From positions 5,210,001 through 5,274,000 of the forward strand of contig CM052817.1 in assembly GCA_028534125.1 (NCBI GenBank): a stretch of 64,000 bases of DNA, given 5' to 3'. Origin of the DNA: Lama glama (taxonomy: Eukaryota). This document shows, one piece after another, positions 34,598 through 48,410 of the stretch. Below the pieces are notes generated by a model that saw nothing but the letters and a program-made list of their open reading frames with translations, was not told the origin of the DNA and ran no database searches. The first letter of the stretch is position 1. Each line of letters begins with the position of its first letter. Position numbers and translations under genes: made by a program.

Positions 34598-37558
34598 AGG
34601 GCAATAGAAAACCACTGCAGAATTTAATAAAAGGGGTAACGTGATCCTACTAATGTAGAAAAATCACTTTTCACATGAAAACCATGGTTATGTTCACCAT
34701 CTACTGCCTCAATGTCTTGATTTAATTGTCACAGCTACTCTGTGAAATCAAGGAGAAGTGAACTATTTTTGTCCCTACTTCTTAGTTGAGTGACTGGAGG
34801 TTTGGGGATTTTAATGTCTCATCTGACTTCACACATGGTGGGATGGAATTGGACCCACACTTCAAGATACCTCCCTCGGTTGCCACTTCCCTACCTTCCA
34901 GTCTCCCCGCAGTTTCAAGTTTCAGTGTGAAATACCTCTTGAGACATGAGGGATCTAGAGCTGAAAACCTAAAATCAAGTGTTCCTAAAAGAACAACCCC
35001 AGGGATGAAATGTCATTTAATGAGGTGTCTCAGGGCAGAGTTACATGTGGGGATAGTTCATCCAGGAAGGGCACGAAGGGCCAAGTGGCCACCTCTGTAA
35101 GGTCAATGTTAATGCAGTTGAACTGAGGTGCAAAGCCCACGCAATGAGACAGTGACATCCCAGGCTCCAGCCTGACCCCACCGCCAACCAGCCGTCCCCT
35201 GACCACTCTGAGTCTGTTTTCTCATCAACAAAGAAGCAGCTCGGGTTGAAGTTAACGCTCTGTCCCTTGCACCTCGAACATTCTATTTTGAGGAGTGGAC
35301 GGTTGAGCTTCAGAGACCAATGTGCTGGTTCACTTTCTCTATTAAACACTCTCTCTGCGAAATGAACCCAAACACAGCTCTCGGCCTCCCCAGGGACCCT
35401 GGTAATGCCCAGAAGCCAAAGCCCGGGGTCACGGCAAGATGTACTAAATTATCACCATTAAAATGACCTGGTAAGAGTGCCATGCTGAAAGCTTAAAGCC
35501 CAGGGCCTGGGTTTGAAACCTGGCCCCACCCCGAGCGAGTGGCTTAACCTTCAAGCTCAGTTCTCTCCTCCGCAAATTGGACATAATCACAGTCCCAGCC
35601 CAGTGGAGCCACTGAGAGGGCTCCGTGAGGGCAGCACCATCCAGCACTGGGCACCCATCAGGGAAATGACTGTCCGTTGACTGAGCATCCTTGGGGAGGG
35701 AGAAAAGACAATTCTGGGCTGACAAACACCATGTAAGAAAGATCCCCATTGGCTGGCTCCTTGCTCTGCTCTGCACCAGCTTCTGTCCTCAATGCCTGGC
35801 CAGAGTCCACTGGGACCACATTGCTTTTGTGCTTTTGGCACGAAATCGCTGGTTTTAACAACACAGACACAGAGCAGTGAAAGGACAATTTGCAAACACC
35901 CACATCCAAAGGCCCGAGGGGTTATTACCAGCCGCGACTCGTCAGAATAAACAGCGATGGATTTTGCTGGGTTACGAGCTTTATCCTGAGAATATCTCCT
36001 ACACTCTGCCCGGCCACGCTTCAGCTGCTGGGGAAGCGGCCACGGGGGCAGGGCTGCCGCGTCCCACTCGCTCATCCGCTCTCTCCAGTGCCCCTTCCCC
36101 TCTGCCCGCACCTCACGCCAGCCTCTGTCGCTTCCCAGCGCTGCATAATATTAGTATGATTTAGAGACTGTCATTCCAGCAACATAGTCGCTTTTATTAA
36201 GGGAAGGGCCCCTCCACAACTGTCTCATCACTATTCAACCACTAGGCCTGGCATCTAGTAAGTTCCAAATTGTGGAATGAATGAATGAATGAAGAGGGGA
36301 ACCAACATTTCATGAGCTTCTGCTGTATACCAGCATCCCATCCCTCCTCCTCATTCCTCAGGGGGTAGGGCTCCCCCTCCTTCCATCCACCCATCCGACA
36401 AGGAAATCGACCCAGGTCTCTGGGGCCCAGAAGCCGGGGAGCAGGAGCTGAACCCAAGCAGCAAGACCCCAAACTCAGTGCCCCTCCAGGACCTCCTGCT
36501 GCTCCGTCCTCTGGGGTTCCAGCAGACCCTCTCATGTCTCTGAGGTCACCCTGAAGGGGGTCCCCACATGGTAGTTAGAGGATGGACCCTGGTGGGTATA
36601 AAGTTGCCAGCATGTGGGGACCATTCATGGACATGAGTTCTCTTTCTTTCTCTGTTCTCCGTGGCCTGGAGAGTTTCACAAAGTGCTTACACTTGTCTCG
36701 GCAGTCGTGGGCCGGGGGTAGGGGGCTCCCCCACACCGCCCCCGACCCTGGAGTAGGGGCCGGCGGAGGCAGAGAGGGCCGAGCAGCGCCTGGCCGGGCC
36801 TGAGCAGGAGGTGGAAGTGACACGCGGGGCTCTCATGCGAGCAGACAAGGCTTAGCCAGCGATGCGAGGCCCCGCCCGGCCCGGGGAATTTTCCTGAGTT
36901 CCTGAGGCCTCAGCGCCAGCACAGTGGTATCCCAGGAAGCCAGCTGAAGGGAAAACAAGATTACACAAAGCCTGCTGCCTCGCGGACTCGTCGGGTTAAT
37001 GAGGCTTGATGCCTGCCCCCTGGGGTCAAAGAAATTAACGGGCGCCCCAGTGCCCACCTCACGTGGTGGAAGAGAGAGCCTCAGACGACACCTTTGTGGA
37101 CCAGCTCTTGACACGCTGGCCTGGAGTGTGAGGGACGGTCCCCCTCCCTTCCATCCACCCATCAGACATTTACTGAGCTGTTGGTCCTGTCCTGACAGGT
37201 GGTAAATAATAGACATAAGAATAATAATGACTACTGTTCGAGTGCTTCACAGGACTGAATGAGGATTAACAGTGGAAGTGCAGGTGGAGTGGGGACCCCA
37301 GCACATGACACAAAATGGTGCAAGAGAATGGTTTGAACTCGCAGCCCTCATGGTCTGACAGCTCACAAAGGCAGGAAGGGCCACGGGGCCAAGGCACAGT
37401 AGGGCCTGGTGATTCTGGGATGGACAGCTCTGGGATGGAAGCCTGGCCCACTGACCAACTGTGGGACCTTGAGTCCACCTGCAGACTCCTCAACAGTGGG
37501 GCTCTGACCTAGGCCTCTTCATCTGTTTTCTGAGACCCAGCACAGAGCCTCGTACATA

Positions 37559-37722
37559 GGATGGTAGATGGATGACTGAATAGATGAAAGAAGAGATGGA
37601 TGGAAGGATGGATGGAAGGATGGGAAGGATGGATGTATGGATGGATGGAGGATGAGTGGATGCAAGGATGCGTGGGTGGATACATGAATGGATGATGGGT
37701 GGAAGGATGGATGTGTGGATGT
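37559..37722. repeat. Degenerate (GGAT)n simple repeat
   Basis: Seen directly. Confidence 0.9.
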
Positions 37723-38219
37723 GTTACTGGGTAGACAGAATTCAGAACTAAGAGGGGCTGATCAGCTCAATATACCTCTTCATCTTCAACCTAAAGTGGT
37801 ATGTGACTTGTTCAAGACCACACAATTAATTGGGCCCAGGGCTGAGGACTCCCCCCTTTATCCCGCCCCCCCCTTTAAGTTTCCTAGTGTGCTTTATCAC
37901 TTGGGCAGGATTTAACTTGAAGCAGAGAATCTGGATCACATCACCCAGGGTCCCTGGCCCGTTCCCCCATTTCTGGCCTGAGCTATGCATGGTTTTGCCT
38001 CATTCGGTCTTCATGAGGACCACCCTCCACAATCTCTTCTGAAGGTCATGTTCTCCCCTCTCCTCCAGGGCAGCCTCCCCATCTGGGGGACCAAGGAGCC
38101 ACTTCCAGGTTCAAGGGCAACAGTAATCATCATTGCTCTCAGTTCCTGAGCCTTTACTTGATGTCATATTTAAATTAACCTTTGCGGAGGTGATAATAAC
38201 AGTGACAACAAAGTCAGTA

Positions 38220-38440
38220 ACAGTCGCAGCTAACATTTCTAGGGTTCATCCTGCCCCAGACATTGTGCTTAGTGCTCCAACTCAACTTGGTGGGATCAGC
38301 ATCATCATTTTACAGATGGGGCAACTTAGGCACAGAGAGGTTAAGTGAGTTGCCCAAGATCACACAGCCCAGAACGTGAGAAAGCTGGACTTGAACCTGG
38401 GAATGTCTGTCTCCAGGCTTGAGCACCCAACCTCTTTCTC
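38220..38440 (-). mobile_element. MIR SINE
   Basis: cattttacagatggggcaacttaggcacagagaggttaagtgagttgcccaagatcacacagc. Confidence 0.85.
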
Positions 38441-39819
38441 ACACTGGCTTCCAAATCACACAGACCAAAAAGCCCCTGATCATGATCAACTGTGCCTTTA
38501 TGGGAGATTTCATATCATTTTCTACTCAATTTCTCATTAATCTTTAAAAAGGTAGGAAGGTGGGTCCAGGTGAGCCCTGCCCTCATCTGGACTCTAAAAC
38601 TCTCTCATATACCCAGATGCTAGAAGACTTGAAGTCAGCAAACCTGGCTGCTCTCCCTAATTCTGCCACTAATTTGACTGTGCAGCTTAAGGAAGGTCGC
38701 TTAACCTCTCTGAGCATCCTAAATAAATAACATGTAAAGGTCATTCTATCTTTTAGGTTAGCGGTTGTTGGGGAGAGAGAACAACTTCCTGGGTCAAGGT
38801 CTTTCAGAGCCATCCTAGGGGCTCAGATGCCTCGACACTTAAGTCAATCCAAAAGAGAGCTGCCTGCATAAAGGGGAAGGGGCAGTGAGCCCTGAAGTCC
38901 CCTGGAAGATTCCTCACCTATAAAACTTCTGCAGGAGCTGAGGAGAACGATGGACTGTCAGGCTGTCCGGCCACAAGAGAGGCAACCAGGCAAGGATGCA
39001 ATTCCACCACGGCTCTTACTCAAACAGCAGAAGAAATTGTCTAAACATTGGCCCTGCTGCCAAGGCCACTGGGGCCTCCTGCAGTCTTGTCATTCCACGA
39101 GCTGAGAAGAGTGAACCACACAGCCCTGCGAGGGCAGCAGCTCTGCCAGCCGAGACACTCCAAAGGTGCCGGTGTGTCCTTGGCCAGAGGGCCCTGACGG
39201 CTCCCGCCGCCTGCCCGGACAGGACTTCTTACCCTCGAGGGGCTGCTTCAGAAGAAGCAAAGGAAGGATGAGTTGGAGCTGAGTGCGAGCAAGGGCTGGG
39301 AATTGAGGGAAGCCCCCAGGCCAAGGTCACAGCTGAGGATGACCAAGGAAAATCCGTGAGGCAGAATCCACCAATCCCTGAAACTGATCAGCAATAAGTG
39401 CTGGGGGAAGAGGGGGTTCTCCTAGGGATCCATTTAATTCCCACAGGAGCTCTGCAGAGTGGGTCCCGTTATCCCATCTTATGCATGAGAGCAGTGAGAC
39501 TCAAGGGATAAGGAAATTGCTCAGTCACACGGCTATTGAGCTGCGATTTCAGGTTTTAAATCCAGGTCTCTTGGACTCAAAGCCAGTGAGCTCTTGCCTC
39601 AGTGTGCACCAGGCCTGCTGCTGGGCCCTCAGTGAGCCAGAGGAGCAGGGCACGCCCCCACTACCCCCCCGGACAGATGGAGGAGTTAGGCTCCCACGGG
39701 TGGGTTGCACCCAAGGGAAGGTGTCCCAGCCTTTGAGACAGCAGAGGCAGGCCCCGAAGCAGGTGCCATCAATGCCCACCCATAGCGCCTTGCATGCACC
39801 CTGGAGGCCACTGTAGACA

Positions 39820-40194
39820 TTACCAGACAAGCCCCAGGGCTCCTGCCCCTCTGGCCGCAGGGGCTCATCTGGCTTGGCCAGCGGGGTGGCTGGAGCACTA
39901 CCAAGTGGACATTCCAGGAGCCACCCTTGAGCAGTGCCGGCCAGGAGCTGGAGGACCAATCCCCCCGGTTCCCCTCCTCCGTGGGCCAGCTCTGGGGTGT
40001 GTTCTGCGCACTCTCTGGATCCTCTGGGGCACTGAGCCTGGAGCTGCCCACAGCAGGGACCTGCCCACTTCACCCGCTTTATTGCCTCTCCTCTTCCTGC
40101 CTCACGTCCCTTCTCTGGGTTCATCGCCCACGTATGTTAACTTGAACCACATCCTTGTCACAGGATCAGCTTTGGGGGGACCTGCGCATAGACA
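39820..40194 (+). mobile_element. ERVL solo LTR, LTR16C-like
   Basis: ctgagcctggagctgcccacagcagggacctgcc...tttattgcctctcctcttcctgcctcac...ggatcagctttggggggacc...agaca. Confidence 0.6.
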
Positions 40195-40884
40195 CGACCC
40201 TGGAAGTAACAGGCGCCATGAAAAAGGGAGCTCCAGGCCACGCCCCTCCGACTCACAGCCTCAGTCCTGAGTCGTTCTCAACTCCTCTGTCCCTGGATTC
40301 TCCTCATTCTGAGTAGAACTCCTCCTCATTTCTACTTGAACTCCCCCTCGTTATTAATTATCTGGGTACTCACCTGGCCCTGTTGTCACTTCCATCCTCA
40401 CCTCGCCGTGGGCATTAGACTTGGGGTCGTTCTCCAGGCTCCCCATATCATGTTGTCTACCCAGGTAGATACTGTTCCCCGGACCCTAGGCCCTGGCATC
40501 TCCCTCCCCAGGCCGCCCTTCTGGTGACAGGATGGCCAAGTCTGCCCCGTTCTCGCTGACTCTCACTTTCACGGATTCTCTGCAGTACAGCAGCCCCATG
40601 AATGAGGCAAGACCAAGAAGGGGGAGCCAATGATGGCCCTCCTGAGTCTGGTTTGGGCCAGCAGGTGGACAGTGAGGGCAGTCAATCAAAGAGGACCCCC
40701 AGGGTGAAGGGAGGTTGGGAGAAAAAGCAAGTGTTGAGTTTACAGTGCCAGGGGGACAACCCGGGGGTGGTATCCAGCGAGAGGGTAGAGCTATGGAGCT
40801 CAGGCTTGGCAGACGGTGTGTTGCTGAGAGATTCCCACCATAAGTTGGAGAGCTAAGCCTTTGAGTGGGTGAGAGTCCCCAGAG

Positions 40885-41216
40885 CCAGGGTCTGATCCAG
40901 GTTTTTAGGAGCCATGAGCTTATATAATTTTGGATGGGGGTACTTATTAAGAAAAAAAATACAATTATGAAAACAAAATTGTAAGGGGGGAAGGGCATAG
41001 CTCAGTGGTGGAGCACGTGCTTAGCGTGCACAGCGTCCTGGGTTCAATCTCCAGCACCTCCATTATAAATAAACAAACCTAATTACCTCCTCCACCCCCC
41101 CCCCCACCAAAAAAGAATTCAAAATTGCAAGGCCTTCCTTGGACCCTTGGAAGAAATTCATGCAAGTGAGAGATGCTGAAGCCTGAGCTTGTCAGCTTCA
41201 CAGTAAACTGCTCTGA
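40885..41216. mobile_element. hAT-Tip100 MITE, Arthur1/MER69-like, split by a SINE
   Basis: tgcaagtgagagatgctgaagcctgagcttgtcagcttcacagtaaactgctctg resembles the reverse complement of the Arthur1 terminus. Confidence 0.6.
40985..41115 (+). mobile_element. tRNA-derived SINE, camelid vic-1-like
   Basis: ggggaagggcatagctcagtgg (A box)...ggttcaatctcc (B box), then taaataaacaaacctaattacctcc, poly-C and an A tail; TSD caaaattgtaa (40974-40984) / caaaattgcaa (41120-41130). Confidence 0.85.
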
Positions 41217-41865
41217 GTAGGGGGTAAGAGACAGGCACATTGTAGTGAAAGAACTTCCTAATGTTCCGTCTCCATCACTAGACGGTGAGCACCCTGAGGT
41301 CTGGATTACGTCAGGTTCACCTGCGGCCCCGGGGCCTTAGGCAGTGAATGGTTGCGTCAGCAGAGTTCAGTGCAGGAAACGGAAACGTGTCTAGGTATTT
41401 TTGGCAGAAAGGTATTCAGTCTGGAGGAATCAGCACTTACAAAACTGCTGGACAGGCTGGATGAAGAGAAGTTATGGGGCTGCTGCTGGGTTTCGGCTTC
41501 AAGATTGCCTCACCACTGTTTCAGTTTTGAGCTCGGCAAACAGCTGGAACTCCCTGCTGATGCCCTAGCAGCCCCACACCCAGGAATGGGTAAGTAGAGA
41601 GTGGTACATGGAGCACGGCCACTCCAAAAGCTCACATCTGCCAGAACCTGCCCATCAGCTGCCACAGCAAAAAGCCTGCCTTCCAGATCTCGCACGAGCT
41701 CACCGCACTTGCAGAACCTAAGTTACATCCAGAAGCACAGCAGTGAGGGAGGCTGGGTAATGCCGGTTTTATCCTTTCAATCCCTGTGAGCCTGCAGGGT
41801 GGGGAGGCCATGCAAGCAGCCACAAATGAATTCAAAGTGCCCAGAAAAGGGAATGGCACTGAGCG

Positions 41866-42411
41866 AGTGCTGTGCTTGTCATCTGCTGCTACACAGCAAG
41901 TCACGCCAAAGCTTAGTAGTTTGAAACAACAGCATTTATTACCTCACAGTTCCTGGGGATCAGGAGTGCTTAGCTGGGTGCTCTTCTTCCCGCTTTCTGC
42001 CTCGACGCCATCCAGGTGCAGCCCAGGGGCGGTGGCCTCATCCGAAGGCTTCCCTGAGGAAGGATCTGCCCACTCGGTGGTTTTTGGCCACATTCAGCTC
42101 CTGGTGGCGATTGGCTGGGCCTCAACACCTCACTGGTTGTTGGCTGGAAGCCACCTTCACTTCCTGGCCACGTGGCCTCTCCCACAAGCAGCCAACATCA
42201 TCAAAGGCACAAGCCCAGAAGTCAGTAGAAAGGATCTGCTAGCAAGAGGAGATCAGACTTCTGGAGCCTGACAACAGATGTGACTTCACGTCCTTTCAGC
42301 CATGTTCTCAGGTTAGCAGTGAGTCGGTGGGTCCAGTCCACGCTCGAGGGGAGGGGCTTCTTCAGGGCGTGACTACCAGGAGGAGGTGATCATCACGGGC
42401 CATCTACTACA
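41866..42411 (-). mobile_element. MaLR solo LTR, MLT1F/E-like
   Basis: aaagcttagtagtttgaaacaacagcatttattacctcacagtt...ggtccagtccacgctcgaggggagggg...ctactaca. Confidence 0.8.
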
Positions 42412-44688
42412 GGTGTAACAAACAGCTGGTGAGCTCCTGATGAAGGAGGAAAAAGGAAGCGGGAGGGAGACTGATGTCCCTGAGGGAGGCCATCCGGCTG
42501 CCCACACACAGCTTCACATGGTCCTGGGATCCTAAGGGAATCTCCTGGCTTGGAGATCCCAAAGGTGATCAGCCTGGATAAGGCCAGAGGCCAGAGTGGA
42601 GACCACCTCGCTGAGACCCACTCATGTGACATGGATGGATGAGCTGCACGCTGTGACCTTTACAGTGAGAAAGGGAACTGCCAGGTGGGCCGGCGGTTTG
42701 AGTCAGCTGGTGCATGTAGCACTGTCTAAGTCTGGCCTAGTTTTGTCCTCTTCTTTCCTAAAATTTTGATCTTCTTATGTCTCCTTTTCCATTTTTCAGC
42801 CCCCAAACCTGCATGGTCGCCTGCGGAGATGCATTCACTTGGACACACTCATGTGCTGACTATGTCCCAGGCACCACGCTGGGCAAGGGGAGGCAGAGCC
42901 GGAACGACAGGCCTCTTCCTTTCAAAGTCTTTGCAGACCCAGGGTGGGGACATGAGCATAGACACTGATGACTGCGTGTGACCAGGGACAAGCCTGAGGA
43001 GGGGGCCCTGAACTCCAACACGGAGAGACAAGAAAACTTCCCATAGAAAGTGATTCCTAAGATGTGTCTCGAGCGTGGTTCCCCAGCTTGCCCTCCTGGA
43101 ATATTTTTATAAAGAATGCAATGTTTGGGGGCTCCTGATTTCAGTCTTTGTTTAGACTAAATAGAAAAGTGACCGAGGCACTCATCCTTAATGAAGTTTT
43201 GTGAGCCCCGGACATCAGCCAACTGGAAAGAAAAATTCGCTTCTTTTTACTTTCAGATCATATACTGCACCTTAGGAGAAGCAAACAGTGTCTCTGCGTC
43301 TCAGTGTGTCCATCTGTAAATGGGGCTGACTGTATTTTATACCTACTCACGTGATGGAATCACTGGGAATCACTAAAACCTGAGTTCCCAGGCAAAGTCA
43401 CTTTCCAAGGAAGGAGCCCCTCCTTTTAAGGGCTTTGAGGCCCTTGGGATGAAAGAAAATATATATGTAAAACTCTGTGATTCTCTAAGAACAAAGTGCT
43501 TAAGGAATAGGTGGCTCACTGGAAGGAAGAGCTAGGAAAGCAATGCAAAGCCAGGGAGGAGGGAACACGGTGAAACTGATGAATTGATGAGAACGCAAGG
43601 GTGACTTATAAAGGCAGGAATTAGGATGGGAGGATAAATAACACCGCAGACAAAGACATATGCAGCTGTCAATGAAACTGGTGTTTTTACAAAGCAGCTT
43701 TCAGAACACGAGAATATGCATGAGAGAATACGAAGAAAAGGGGAAAAAAACCAAGCTACAAAATTGCATGCATAGCAGTACGATAATTATCCAAAGGAAA
43801 TACACGCTCAGAGGAAAAGGAGTGGAAAGAACTTTGCTTAAAGCAAATATCCAGGTAATGGAATCACAGCTTTTTATTTCACACGTGAGTCTTCAAATTT
43901 GCCGAATTTTCTAGGGAGGGCATGTTATGCTTTGAACTCGGAAAAGAAAATTGTTCAGAAAGGAAGAAAGAAGAACAGGAGGAGGCAGAGGAGAAGGAGA
44001 GTGGATGAAAGCTGGAAAAGTACACTGGGAAAGAAGAAATTCACACTGCCTGACTGCACACTGCGTGCTGGGTGCTGCGCAACACCTCGTGTAAACAGGA
44101 AAAAAAGGAGATGAGGACACATGCTCCAAGGAGCTTCTGTCTGGGGAGAGGCTGAAATGTAGCAGGTGGCCTTAGTGCCTGTGATGTGTGCTAGAGCCTA
44201 AGGGAACACAAGGGCTGCAGGTGAGTCCTCAGCCCAGGGAGACCCAGGAAGTCTTCCTGGAGGAGGCAACTCTGGAGCTGAGACTTGAATGAGTGGTAGA
44301 TGTCCTGACAGAGGGAAGATGACGGGGAGGAGTAAGAGGAGACAGACATACCAAAGAAGGTCAATTTTTTTTAATTGCATCACAAGAGACAGTTGAAAAG
44401 TGTCTTTCCAACTCAGCCAGCTAACATATGGTTCTAAACATCAGTCTGCACATCCTCATCTCTGGGGGTGATGGAAGCACATTTTTTAACAACCTCATAT
44501 TTGAATGGTGTTCTATTGTTTTAAAAAGTCCTTACACGTTGTCTCACTTTATGTTCTGACAACTTTCCCATGTAGATATCATTACCATTATCCTTCTGTA
44601 TGTGATAACATTGAGACGTAGAAAAGTGAGATGGGGTGAGGGGAAGGGAGTGTAAGAACCCAGAAACTGGAGCAGACTGTGTGTGGTC

Positions 44689-45074
44689 TGTCATGGACTG
44701 AATCATGTTCCTCCTACAAATTCATATGTGGAAGCCCTACCCCAAGGGGACTGTATTTGGAGACAGGACCTTTAAGAGGGAATTAAGGTTAAATGAGGTC
44801 ATAAGGGTGGGGCCCTGATCCTGCAGGACTGGTGTCCTTGAAAGAAGAGGAAGAGGTACCAGCAGCAAGATGCACAGAGAAAAGGCCACGTGAGGACACA
44901 GGGAGAAAGAAGACCGTGGTCTACAAGCCAAGGAGACAGGCCACAGGAGAAGCCAACCCTGCCGACACCTTGACCTTGGACTCCCTAGCTCCAGAACCGT
45001 GAGAGGATAAATTCTGTTGTTAAAGCCATCCGGTCTGGGGCATGTTGCTACAGCGATCCCAGCTGACTAACACA
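44689..45074 (+). mobile_element. MaLR solo LTR, MLT1A/B-like, inserted into a MIR (about 44645-45280)
   Basis: tgtcatggactgaat...gactgtatttggagacagg...gctgactaacaca; MIR sequence on both sides. Confidence 0.9.
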
Positions 45075-48000
45075 GCTTCCTACACCAGCTCTGCCCATAT
45101 TCGCTGTGTGACCTTGGACGTGTTGCTTAACCTCTCTGTGCCCCCATTTCCCCAATTGTAAAACGGGAACAGGAATAGTAGCCTAGTTCCCAGGGCTGTC
45201 ATGAAGGGCACCTGAGTTAATATAGCATTAGAACACTCCTGGCACATAGTGGGCACTCGGAAGCATTGTTTAATGTTTTAGTGACCTGTCTATGGTCACA
45301 CAACTGTTAATCTACGGAGGAGAAACACAGACCCAACCCTGGGAGGACCACTGCTCCCTATCACCCCCTCTAGGGAGGCGGGCGTCGTGAAACCCCTTTG
45401 TTTTACAAGCACAGAAGGCGAGTCTGGCCAAGGGCATCTATCCGGACGTTCCCCACTTACCTGAGTGGAGAAGTGCACCTGAGCCCTGACACAGGTCCTG
45501 CCTGAAGCACCTACTCCCACCTCACCCAGGCCTCCATCGCGGTGGGTCCAGGCCAACGAATGCTGAGAACTAAACTCTCAGGCGGCCGGAGGTTTGGACC
45601 ACCACACGTTTCATCCATTTTCTCAGCAAGTGCTGTAATCGTCCGCCATGAGTCCGTGCCCTGGGGACGAACAGTGAGCGACGCAGACAGAACCCTGCCC
45701 TCAGGGAGCAGAGGCTGCGATGAGCGACATGTGGTAATTCAAGAAAGATGCATGTTAGCGTAAAATCATGTAACCAGGGTGCTGAACATCAGGGAAAATC
45801 AGAAAAAATTCGTGTGTCTGTTTCTCTCAGTCCCTTCCTACCTGCTCTTTCTCTCCTGTGAGTGAAAACTCAGATCGTCTCCAGACGTTCCTGCTCCACT
45901 GTCAGCCCGCCATAAGTTCTGAATTTGAACCCACATCTAGCTAACATGAACACTTTCTGCCACATCACTGTACCAACGTTTTAATTAGAAAAACTATAGC
46001 CTAAAGTTGGTGACTTCTTTTTAACCAAGTTTTGTTTGCTTTTTTTTAATTCTGAAAGGGTTCAGGTAGGAATAATATTATTAATTCATGTCTCAGTGGG
46101 GAATTAATTCAGATTTTTTTTTCTCAAAAAACCTGACTTAGCTGTGCCTCAGAAACTGAATCCGGAGTGGAGGGGATGGGATGGATCATGGTTTTAATGA
46201 GACAAGAATGAAGAGCAGGAAGGAGGCAGGGCCAGGTTTGGAACCTTTACCTCTTAGCAGCATTTTGAGATGGGATGCCCACTTCTTTGGTTACCTCCTA
46301 GTTTTGCCTGTTGTGGACTCTGGCTGTGCGAAGCGATACAACTGCATTTGGTTAAGCCTGATTCCTTCCTTAGAAGGCCCAATCTCTAAGAGACTGTCAT
46401 GGGACTGCAAAATCCCGTTCAAGTTAAGTCTACAAGTAAGACAAGGAATCTGCGCAAAATATAACTTTCCTTTTTCTTAATTGTGGGCAGAAGTAATTTC
46501 GCCAAGAGTAAGCAGGGCCTGGTTTTGAAATACTTTTACTAAAAGCTACCCAACAAAACACCCTGCAATTCTTGGGGTCTTGTGCAGTGGGATACCGAAG
46601 CGCCCTCTTGTGTGGAACCTGAGAACTACAAGCCCAGTCCAGAGTCACCCGCCAAAGACACCCCCCACCTCTTGCAAGGGGAAGTACCTGTTTGGCAAAG
46701 CATGTTTCCTAAGACCTTTTCTTTTGTTGTCAACCACAGGCATCTCAAACCCGATGTAGAATGGCGAAAAGATATGCATTAGCACGGGATTCTTAGGAGT
46801 ATGGCAGGAGGTTGCTATAAACTGAGCCATGGGGCTGACAATTACGTGTTCACAGTAATGAAGCTACCCTGATATTTTCAGTAATCACAGCCTTCCTTAA
46901 CCACCAGCTTGACGGGTACGATGGACAAGGAGGAAGAATCTCTTGTTTTTAAGGAAAAGAGAAGGCATACTTACGTGGAATGGGCCCGACGTCAGGGGCG
47001 GGGGTGGGGGTGGGAGGGTTAATTTGGCACAGACATTTTTGCTTCGAGAATCTAAAGAATTCAGCTGAGAGACTTTTCCAAAGGGAATAAGCATGTTTTA
47101 AAGTGATCTGTGATTTTACCCCCTTTTTGGTTCTCAAAAGCCTGACCGAGAAGCGTTCTCAGGTAGGGCATTCACATTGCAGCCTGTGGACTTCCTGCCT
47201 CTGGAGATCCAGTTCTGCAGACTTTACTGCTTGTGGCTCTGAAGCACTGACATCAGAGTAGGAGGTTTTGAACCTCAAAGGCAAGGCGTCCCTGGCACTT
47301 TTAGCGGCTTCATTCTTGAGGCCAATTTAAATGTAAATTTCCCCTCAGGAGAATGCTCCCACCTCAGGCCTGCTCACACCCCAGGCAGAGAGGGAGCCCT
47401 CTCCAGCCAATGAGTTCCGCTGAATGAGGGTCAAATGCCAAGGAAATTCTTATCAAGTCAGAGCTTCTTTCCGTGGGGAGGGAGGCAGGACCTTTGGAAC
47501 GACTTGAGACAGACAGATATGACCCCAGTCATAAAGAACCCATAATTACCAGTAACGTTTACTTGAGAATTTAAGCATGGGAGGAGACAGAAGAAAAGAG
47601 GGAATTAAAACAACCACAACTGAACAGGACATTCAAGAGCGCAATTGAGAAGGGGGGGAGGGAGACCGACGTGAAAACTCTAACCGTAATACGCGTGTCT
47701 TTCTCCAGCACGAGGCCCTGCCCAGGGTGTCCCACAGGTGAGGACCGCTGTGACATTCGGCACCCGTGGAAGAGGCCTAACTTTCGCTCTGGGTAAGATG
47801 TGCCCCTCCGGAGAAGGAAAGGCTGTAAGAATCCTCTGAATGGGTCAGCTCAGAGCCTTTCTAGAATGTTCTGCTGAAGCAGTCTCTCCCCTGTGGGGTC
47901 AGGGGAAGATGTGAGCTCTCAGAGGACAAATACTGTCCCATCCTAATCCCCCTCCTCTTTTCTCCAAATGTTATTTGAAAAGAGAAAATTCGGATCGACT

Positions 48001-48369
48001 CAATCATGTTTTAATTTCTGGGGTCAGAGGGCACGAAAGACAGAAACAGCCCCAGGAAATCGCGACGACAAGCGTGTATTTTGGAAAGGGAGCGGTACAG
48101 GCAGCAGGGCTGTTCCTCAGAGAGGAGCACGCCGCTGCCAACGTCCCGGCCGCGCCGATGCGCGGCCTCTCGGGAAGGGGAGGTGGTGGCGCGAACTCCC
48201 CGTGGCAGTTTGAAGCCTGGAGGTTTGAGCGCGGACACACACGGCTACTGTTTCCCAGGCTGAGTCTCTGCCCACAGAATGGTGTTTTTGGCTTAGTCCG
48301 GAGCTCAGTTTTATGAAAAGGCTTCTCTCTAAAGTGCCCGTTGGACGGATACCGAAAAATTTGCCCTCA

Positions 48370-48410
48370 AAGTAAACAACTGCGGAAGTGGTGGAGCTAC
48401 TATAAAAGGT
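48370..48410 (+). promoter_or_regulatory. Candidate core promoter: FOX, ETS and TATA motifs downstream of a CpG-rich patch
   Basis: GTAAACA (48372-48378), GCGGAAGTG (48382-48390), TATAAAAG (48401-48408). Confidence 0.4.

Noticed and set aside
40988..41061. tRNA gene
   Set aside because: It has A/B boxes, but the stems are imperfect and it is followed by a SINE body, poly-C/A tail and TSD.
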